Shown: positions 57,579 through 64,000 of the stretch, in pieces | How positions within the stretch are numbered: the stretch's first letter is position 1 | How the letters are laid out: every line of letters begins with the position of its first letter | Origin: an uncultured Helicobacter sp. | GTDB lineage: Bacteria > Campylobacterota > Campylobacteria > Campylobacterales > Helicobacteraceae | Assembly (NCBI RefSeq): GCF_937906905.1 | Contig: NZ_CALERY010000034.1 | Span: forward strand, 10,401-74,400 | Length of the DNA stretch: 64,000 nucleotides | Reading direction: 5' to 3' | The notes under the pieces: model-generated | The model's input: the letters and a program-made list of their open reading frames with translations, nothing else | Told to the model about the DNA's origin: nothing | Database searches by the model: none | Position numbers and translations under genes: made by a program

Positions 57579-59318
57579 ATGTCAAAAAGAATTATCGTCG
57601 ATCCAATTACCAGAATCGAAGGACACTTGCGTATCGAAGTTATTGTTGATGAAAACAATGTCATTACAGACGCATTCTCTTCCTCTACACTATGGAGAGG
57701 GCTGGAGAAGATTATTGTAGGGCGAGATCCTAGAGACGCAGGTTTCATCGCGCAAAGAATCTGCGGTGTCTGCACATATAGCCACTATAAAGCAGGGATT
57801 ATGGCAGTCGAAAATGCGCTTGGTATCACTCCTCCACTCAATGCACAAATGGTGCGAAGCCTTATGAATATCTCGCTTTTCTTGCATGATCATATTGTGC
57901 ATTTCTACACGCTACACGGGCTTGATTGGTGTGATATCACAAGTGCTCTTAAAGCCGATCCGGCAAAGGCTGCGAAGGAGGCTTACAACTACACGGATAT
58001 CCCGCTCGCTGCTGGGGAAAGCGACTTAAAGGCAGTGCAAAAACGCGTTGGTGATTTTGTCCAGCAGGGAGCGCTTGGACCATTCCAGAATGCGTATTGG
58101 GGACATAAGACATACAGATTTTCACCAGAACAAAATCTTATCGTTCTATCTCACTACCTAAAACTCCTAGAAGTGCAACGAGAAGTCGCCAAAATGATGG
58201 CGATATTTGGCGCGAAGCAGCCACACCCACAAAGCCTCACTGTGGGCGGTGTAACTTCTGTCATGGATATTTTGGATCCATCAAGGCTCGGCGAGTGGAA
58301 GAGTAAGTTTGACATGGTGGCAGACTTTGTCAAGCGCGCATATTGGGCGGATCTTGTCATGGCAGGCAAGGTATATGCTAGTGAGCCATCTGTGGCGGCG
58401 ACAGGCTGTGGTGTAAAAAACTTCTTATCACACGCCGAAATGCAAATTGGTGAGAATGAATACCTCTATAGCACAGGGATTGTGAAAAATGGCGATCTAA
58501 GCAAACTCTATGATTTAGATGAGAATCTAATCGCTGAAGAGGTAACAAACTCTTGGTATAAATACGAAAACACTGATAAAGTCGCACTCCACCCTTATGA
58601 TGGGCAAACTACGCCAGAATACACAGGATTCCAAGATGGCACAAGTATTGGACCAGATGGCAAAGAAATCAAAACCAAAAACCTAAACCACTCTGGCAAA
58701 TATTCTTGGATCAAGTCTCCTCGCTATGATGGTGAGCCTATGGAAGTAGGACCTTTGGCGACTGTTGTGGTAGGACTTGCGGCGAAAAATCCTTATATCA
58801 CGCCAATAGCGCAAGAGTTTTTAAAGCAAACGGGCTTGCCAGTAGGGGCGCTCTTTACCACGCTTGGCAGGACTGCGGCACGCTGTATCGAGGCGCGTGT
58901 ATTGTGCGAGCATGGACTAAAAGCATTTGATACACTTGTGGAGAATTTGAAGGTCGATAAACGCACCTGCGCGCCGTATAGCATCGATGAAAATGAAGAC
59001 TATAAGGGTCGCTATATCGGCAATGTGCCTAGGGGTATGTTAAGCCATTGGGTGAGAATCAAGGGCGGTAAGGTAGAAAATTACCAAGCTGTTGTGCCTT
59101 CAACTTGGAATGCTGGTCCAAGGGATTCTCAAGGCAAAAAAGGTCCGTATGAGATGAGTCTTATAGGCACAAAGGTCGCGGATATTACACAGCCTCTAGA
59201 GATTATCCGTCATATCCACTCGTTTGATCCTTGTATTGCCTGTGCGGTGCATATTACAGACACCAAGGGCAACGAAATCAGCCAATATAAAGTCGAACCA
59301 TCTTTTGCGCGTATATAA
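57579..59318 (+). CDS. hydB: [NiFe] uptake hydrogenase large subunit
   Basis: 579 aa. N-terminal 'RICGVC' and C-terminal 'DPCIACAVH' Ni-binding motifs. Confidence 0.95.
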   Translation: MSKRIIVDPITRIEGHLRIEVIVDENNVITDAFSSSTLWRGLEKIIVGRDPRDAGFIAQRICGVCTYSHYKAGIMAVENALGITPPLNAQMVRSLMNISLFLHDHIVHFYTLHGLDWCDITSALKADPAKAAKEAYNYTDIPLAAGESDLKAVQKRVGDFVQQGALGPFQNAYWGHKTYRFSPEQNLIVLSHYLKLLEVQREVAKMMAIFGAKQPHPQSLTVGGVTSVMDILDPSRLGEWKSKFDMVADFVKRAYWADLVMAGKVYASEPSVAATGCGVKNFLSHAEMQIGENEYLYSTGIVKNGDLSKLYDLDENLIAEEVTNSWYKYENTDKVALHPYDGQTTPEYTGFQDGTSIGPDGKEIKTKNLNHSGKYSWIKSPRYDGEPMEVGPLATVVVGLAAKNPYITPIAQEFLKQTGLPVGALFTTLGRTAARCIEARVLCEHGLKAFDTLVENLKVDKRTCAPYSIDENEDYKGRYIGNVPRGMLSHWVRIKGGKVENYQAVVPSTWNAGPRDSQGKKGPYEMSLIGTKVADITQPLEIIRHIHSFDPCIACAVHITDTKGNEISQYKVEPSFARI

Positions 59319-59327
59319 GGAGAGAGC

Positions 59328-60029
59328 ATGAGAGCTGCAGTAGATTCTGGCAATCGAGATTTTCAAGCCCATACCGAGTTCTCCGGGCTTACTAGGATTT
59401 TTCACTGGTTGCGCGCGTTTGCGATTTTTGGGCTTATTGGCACGGGCTTTTATATTGCGCTACCATTTTTGAGCTCCACGCCAAGTGCCCAGCCCACACT
59501 TTTTACCCAAGCCTATATCCGTAGTATCCACTTGATTTTGGGCTTTATTCTCATTGCAATATCGATTTTCCGTGTGTATCTTTTCTTTTTTGATAAAGAT
59601 GGTAGTAAAGAGGAGCGCCGATCGTTTAAGCAATTTGTCGATGTTAAGGTGTGGATTGCTTCGATTAAAACCTATCTATTTATCGGTAAGCATCCGCATA
59701 TAGATGGTGCCTACAATCCCTTGCAATTTATCACTTACTTCACACTTGGCGTGCTGACATTGCTTGTGTGTCTAACGGGTGTTGCGCTCTATGGCAATGT
59801 CTATCATAGTGGGCTAGGTGGGGTGCTAGGTGTGTGCTTTAAATGGGTGGAGGTGCTGTGCGGCGGGCTAGCCAATGTCCGTGTGATTCACCATATTTTG
59901 ACTTGGGCGTTTATTATCTTTATCCCGGTGCATATTTATCTTGTTGTGTGGAATTCTGTGAAATATCCAAATGGTGGGGCAGATGCGATTATCAGTGGTG
60001 TGCGCTATCAAAATGAGCTGAAAGTCTAG
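59328..60029 (+). CDS. hydC: Ni/Fe-hydrogenase b-type cytochrome subunit
   Basis: 233 aa. Four TM helices with conserved His ('IFHWLRA', 'IHHILTW'). Confidence 0.85.
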   Translation: MRAAVDSGNRDFQAHTEFSGLTRIFHWLRAFAIFGLIGTGFYIALPFLSSTPSAQPTLFTQAYIRSIHLILGFILIAISIFRVYLFFFDKDGSKEERRSFKQFVDVKVWIASIKTYLFIGKHPHIDGAYNPLQFITYFTLGVLTLLVCLTGVALYGNVYHSGLGGVLGVCFKWVEVLCGGLANVRVIHHILTWAFIIFIPVHIYLVVWNSVKYPNGGADAIISGVRYQNELKV

Positions 60030-60031
60030 CA

Positions 60032-60571
60032 TTGCGTGTTTTGGTGCTGGGGATAGGCAATATCCTTTTTGGCGATGAGGGCATTGGTGTTCATCTAAGC
60101 AACTATCTTAAAGTCAATTTTGCTTTCACTTCCAGTGAGCATAGTGTTGAGTTTATTGATGGTGGCACGCTCGCGCAAGCGCTTATTCCGCTAATTGTTG
60201 AGTATGACTATGTGCTTATGCTTGATAGCGTAGATGTGCATAATGGTAAAATAGGCGATGTGTATAGCTTCCCTTTCTCGGCTCTACCAGAGCAGGTTAC
60301 TTGGGCAGGGAGTGCGCATGAGGTCGAAATGCTCCAGACTCTTAGAATGACACAGATTTTAGGCGATTTGCCACCATTACATATCATAGGGATTATCCCT
60401 AAAATCATCGGCGAGGATACGACATTTGCACTCTCACAGGAGCTTTTAGCGCAGTTTCCCACCATGGAGCAAGCCGCGCTCAATCATTTACAATCCCTGG
60501 GCTTTCATATCAAGCGCATAGGCTCTACACCCATTCAAGTCATCGCTGATAATTCCTACAAAGGCTATTAG
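60032..60571 (+). CDS. hydD: hydrogenase maturation endopeptidase
   Basis: 179 aa. 'VLGIGNILFGDEGIG', 'DGG', and 'H' in 'GSAHEV'. HyaD/HybD family. Confidence 0.85.
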   Translation: MRVLVLGIGNILFGDEGIGVHLSNYLKVNFAFTSSEHSVEFIDGGTLAQALIPLIVEYDYVLMLDSVDVHNGKIGDVYSFPFSALPEQVTWAGSAHEVEMLQTLRMTQILGDLPPLHIIGIIPKIIGEDTTFALSQELLAQFPTMEQAALNHLQSLGFHIKRIGSTPIQVIADNSYKGY

Positions 60572-60574
60572 AAG

Positions 60575-62593
60575 TTGTTCGCATTTATCTTCCATACGAG
60601 CAAATCTCGCTCCTATCTTGCGCCATTTGAAGACATGCTAAAGCGCCTTGCATGCGAGCATTCTTTGGCATTTGCGATAGGCTTTGATACTTCGATTTTG
60701 CCCTATCGCTATGAGTTTATTGTCGCGCTGGATTCTAAGCGATCCCCCCAGAATCAGCCCGAGCGAGAATCTATATTCCATGAGTGTGTGTTGGCATTTG
60801 CAGATGATATTAGCCGCTCATTGCCCATGAGTATGTATTTTGTCTTTCATGCCATAGAGCCGCGCGAACATTGCACGAAGCGATTTTCCAGCGCCTTTAA
60901 ACTTAGTCAAAAACCTTTTGTCCCCTCCGTCCCAGAGATTGCAGAGCTACTTGCCTGCTTCATGCAAGAGAATCCTAAAGCTGATTCAAACCGAGATTCT
61001 ACAAAATGGAGCAAACTTTATAGGCGGTTTTTCTCCCAGGTGCTTGGCACACTAGATTCTCATATCCAGCCCACCCAAATCACAAGCAATAAGCAAGGAA
61101 AAAAGCCAGCACACACATCTAGTGCTGCGCCTAGTTTGCATGTGATTGGATACCATGATCTTTATGCCGCGATTAAGGCTTTATTTCAACTTCTTCAGCA
61201 GCGCCCTATCACTATTGCCACGCCGATTGGTAGCTATACGCTCTCGCGCACGCCTATGATTTTAAGTGCCTTACAGACTTCGCGCGCAGCCCAGAGCACA
61301 GCAGAATCTACTGCGGTTTTTTGGGATACAAACGCACTGCAGACATTTATGCGCGTGGATTCTCTGCAGGTCTCATTTTTGGCGAGTATCGAGAAGCCTA
61401 GCATGCGGCTCTGCCCTAAAGAGATTTTTCGCGAGCAGTTTTTTCCAAAATCCCCACCTAGTGAAATGAGCGCTAGTAGAACTGCTGCTTGCAGCAGTGT
61501 AGAGATCCCATGCCAGCTTGCCTTTGACCCCATGCTTATGCTATTTGGGGCAGTGGCACGCGAAATGAGTGAAACAGAAGGATTGGCAGATGGGCTAGAA
61601 AGTGGATTGGAATATGTGTTTCTCACCAAAACTTCAAGCAAAAACCCTGATTTCATATATGGGTTGCATTGTTTTGCTCCAGTGCCTAAGCTTATTGTAT
61701 GTGGTGGTGATGGGGTCTATATCGAGGAGAAACGCTCCTTGCACGATCTCCCCGCAATCATTAAACGCCACTATCCAGCCTGCAATCTTGCCCCAGAATC
61801 TACCCAGCCCCTAGAATCCAAACACGCCTCGCGTCAAAACCTATTGGATTCTAAGTCTCCAGATTCTCATGCTAAAGATTCGCCCTCTATATCAAATCCG
61901 CACAATCCAAACGCCAGACAAATGCTTGTGTGCTATCTCTCCACTAGCCATCAAAGCGCGATTTGGAGCTATAATGGCGCGCAGTTTTTCGAGCTACTGC
62001 CTATACATTTTCATGCGAGTGAGGCATATATGCTCTCCCAGCTTGAGCAGCATTATCAGGGCGCAGATAGGCTTATTGCAAACTATCGCAAGCATTTTGG
62101 TGATGATGCACTCGACTTTTGTGCGCACCCTGCGTCCCAGAATCTCGACTCGCGCAATTTGATTGACATGCTTGCTATTATCGCGCGCACACTTGGATAC
62201 TGCAAGAAAGAGTCCGCCACCCCAAGTGCTATCTACTCACTACTAGATTCTGCCAAGCTTTGCTTGCGCGACAAGGGACCTAGAATTGACTATAAGCTTA
62301 AGAAGCTAGATTCTGGCGCGCTAGATCTTGACTACCCTAGAATCCTGCGTAGCTGTATGAGCTTCGCGCTCGCAGGTGTTGAGAAGGAGCTTATTGCCTA
62401 TGGTGTGCTGGATTCTCTAGCGGAGTTTATGGGCGGATTTGTGCGTGATGTAGTGCAAAACTATGCGATGAAGCAAGTATTTTTATGCGGTGATATGCTT
62501 AGCCATAAAGTATTTTTGGATAAGATTCTGCTCTATCTGCCGCGCGATATCACGCTTATCCTGCCCCAAGATGGCTGGGTAGATTCTAAGTAG
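60575..62593 (+). CDS. hydrogenase-operon protein in the HydE position (function unknown)
   Basis: 672-aa ORF starting 3 nt after hydD. Assigned by position, following the Helicobacter/Wolinella hydABCDE order. No motif recognised. Contains motif-coded low-complexity segments. Confidence 0.4.
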   Translation: MFAFIFHTSKSRSYLAPFEDMLKRLACEHSLAFAIGFDTSILPYRYEFIVALDSKRSPQNQPERESIFHECVLAFADDISRSLPMSMYFVFHAIEPREHCTKRFSSAFKLSQKPFVPSVPEIAELLACFMQENPKADSNRDSTKWSKLYRRFFSQVLGTLDSHIQPTQITSNKQGKKPAHTSSAAPSLHVIGYHDLYAAIKALFQLLQQRPITIATPIGSYTLSRTPMILSALQTSRAAQSTAESTAVFWDTNALQTFMRVDSLQVSFLASIEKPSMRLCPKEIFREQFFPKSPPSEMSASRTAACSSVEIPCQLAFDPMLMLFGAVAREMSETEGLADGLESGLEYVFLTKTSSKNPDFIYGLHCFAPVPKLIVCGGDGVYIEEKRSLHDLPAIIKRHYPACNLAPESTQPLESKHASRQNLLDSKSPDSHAKDSPSISNPHNPNARQMLVCYLSTSHQSAIWSYNGAQFFELLPIHFHASEAYMLSQLEQHYQGADRLIANYRKHFGDDALDFCAHPASQNLDSRNLIDMLAIIARTLGYCKKESATPSAIYSLLDSAKLCLRDKGPRIDYKLKKLDSGALDLDYPRILRSCMSFALAGVEKELIAYGVLDSLAEFMGGFVRDVVQNYAMKQVFLCGDMLSHKVFLDKILLYLPRDITLILPQDGWVDSK

Positions 62594-62614
62594 TGGATTG
62601 AACTAGGAGAAAAA

Positions 62615-62965
62615 ATGCGATTTGAAATGCTCTATGCCAAAATCCATCGCGCACGCGTGAGCGATGCAAATATCAACTATGTAGGTTCAATCACGATTGA
62701 TGAGACGCTATGCGAGGCAGCAGGCTTACTTGAAGGCATGAAAGTTGATGTGGTCAATGTCAATAATGGTGCGCGACTTAGCACTTATGTGCTGCTAGGG
62801 CAACGCGATAGCGGGGTAGTCTGTCTAAATGGTGCAGCGGCGAGGCTGGCATGCGTGGGTGATGTGGTGATTATCATCGCGTATGCAAGCATGGAAGCAG
62901 ATGAAGCAAAAGCGCACAAGCCTAGAGTCGTGTTTGTCGATGAGCATAATGCTTTACAAGCCTAG
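62615..62965 (+). CDS. panD: aspartate 1-decarboxylase proenzyme
   Basis: 116 aa. 'KIHRARV..A...Y.GSITID' contains the Gly-Ser self-cleavage site. Confidence 0.95.
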   Translation: MRFEMLYAKIHRARVSDANINYVGSITIDETLCEAAGLLEGMKVDVVNVNNGARLSTYVLLGQRDSGVVCLNGAAARLACVGDVVIIIAYASMEADEAKAHKPRVVFVDEHNALQA

Positions 62966-63010
62966 AATCTATTTCCAACACTATCTCACACAATTTCCAA
63001 AGGAGCATGT

Positions 63011-63313
63011 ATGTTTGATATGAATAATTTGCAAAATATGCTTGGCGATATGCAAAAAAACATTAAAGAGCTAGAGGAAAAATCCAAAGAGAGTGTATTC
63101 ACCGCCAAAAGTGGTGGCGGGCTTTTGAGCGTGAGTGTTAATGGTGCAGGCGAGGTGGTAGATATCAATATTGATGATTCTTTGCTAGATGATAAAGATG
63201 CTCTCCAGATTTTGCTCATTTCCGCGCTTAATGAGGCATATAAAAATATGGAGAATAACAAAAAATCGCTAGCACTAAATATGCTAGGTGGGCTTAATCC
63301 TTTTGGCTCTTGA
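63011..63313 (+). CDS. ybaB: YbaB/EbfC-family nucleoid-associated protein
   Basis: 100 aa. 'MQKNIKELEEK....F.AKSGGGLLSVSVNGAGEVVDINID' pattern. Confidence 0.85.
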   Translation: MFDMNNLQNMLGDMQKNIKELEEKSKESVFTAKSGGGLLSVSVNGAGEVVDINIDDSLLDDKDALQILLISALNEAYKNMENNKKSLALNMLGGLNPFGS

Positions 63314-63452
63314 GTTTTTGGCTAAAATTTCGTATTTGCTTGGTAAGGGTGCGATTTGATGTGGCTTTCTCATAAATAAGTGAATTATAATAATACTTTA
63401 AGCATTTTTTTCTATAATTCCCAGAATCCACTTAAAAATGAAAGGAGCTACA

Positions 63453-63947
63453 ATGCTATCAAAAGAGGTTATCGCGCGTCTAAACGACCAAGTCGCTAAG
63501 GAAATGTTCGCTTCAAATTTGTATTTGAGTATGAGCTCTTGGTGCTATACGCACCGCTTCGATGGGGCTGGGGCGTTTTTGTTCGAGCACGCAGGGCAGG
63601 AGAGTGAGCACGCAAAAAGGCTTATCACCTACCTAAATGAGACAGACTCTAATCTCAAGCTACAAGCGATCAAAGAGCCAGAATCTAGCTTTGCAAGCTT
63701 GCTTGATGTTTTTACAAAAACTTATGAGCACGAGGTTGGTATCACGCAGTCTATCAATGAGCTTGTGGATTTTACGCTATCGCATAAGGATTTTTCTACT
63801 TTCAACTTCTTGCAATGGTATGTCGCCGAGCAGCACGAAGAAGAAGCACTATTCCGCGGTATTGTGGATAAAATCAAGCTTGTAGGCGATAGTGGCAATA
63901 GTCTCTATCTTGTCGATCAATACATTAAAACTCTGCTTGGCAAATAG
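63453..63947 (+). CDS. pfr: non-haem bacterial ferritin
   Basis: From ATG 63453 (SD AAAGGAG upstream). 'MLSKEVIARLNDQV.KEM.ASNLY..MSSWCY...DGAG.FLF.HA.E..EHAK' is nearly collinear with H. pylori Pfr (recalled from memory). Confidence 0.9.
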   Translation: MLSKEVIARLNDQVAKEMFASNLYLSMSSWCYTHRFDGAGAFLFEHAGQESEHAKRLITYLNETDSNLKLQAIKEPESSFASLLDVFTKTYEHEVGITQSINELVDFTLSHKDFSTFNFLQWYVAEQHEEEALFRGIVDKIKLVGDSGNSLYLVDQYIKTLLGK

Positions 63948-64000
63948 GCTTGGCAGGCTGGTCTCCGCGTATTTGGGCGGGGGCTAAACCCTAGAATTTA

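Noticed and set aside
63360-63420. AT-rich 'tgaattataataatac' upstream of pfr as a possible Fur box.
   Set aside because: The resemblance to TAATAATnATTATTA-type boxes is only partial. AT-rich promoter DNA gives many such matches, so I cannot support it without a matrix search.

Overview
This is a 64-kb chromosomal segment from a Campylobacterota genome, most likely a non-pylori Helicobacter. That assignment is an inference from gene order typical of Helicobacter: fliF-fliG-fliH-dxs, flaG-fliD-fliS-fliT, hydABCDE, lpxC-minC, panD-ybaB and pfr. I call about 60 protein genes and a four-tRNA cluster (Lys-Glu-Val-Asp). Most genes are housekeeping: flagellar basal body and filament cap, [NiFe] uptake hydrogenase, pgk, lpxC, dxs, hisC, ftsEX-envC, xseA, rseP, pgsA and RNA-modification enzymes.

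Accessory or unusual parts:
1. A sulfatase-family membrane transferase split by a G12 tract, followed by a GDPD-like gene.
2. A divergent alpha-2-macroglobulin / PBP1C pair that shares a T13 tract between two TACAAT boxes.
3. A 740-bp intergenic mosaic holding REP-like structured repeats and a candidate type I toxin-antitoxin module.
4. A large, lower-GC autotransporter gene with a T16 promoter tract and a G13 tract in its signal-peptide region (currently out of frame). It carries long Lys/Pro-rich internal repeats and is bracketed by inverted copies of the small repeat.
5. A low-GC islet abutting the tRNA cluster. It encodes a tightly packed operon (repeat mini-protein, BacNaV-like voltage-gated channel, PD-(D/E)xK-like protein) and a divergent XRE regulator.

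The strongest window-wide signal is a heavily over-represented palindromic word: core AGAWTCT, full form CTAGAWTCTAG. It occurs in genes and spacers, pairs into hairpins, and clusters inside low-complexity insertions in conserved proteins.

No CRISPR array, IS element, integrase or rRNA was seen. All counts and GC estimates were made by eye and are not exhaustive.
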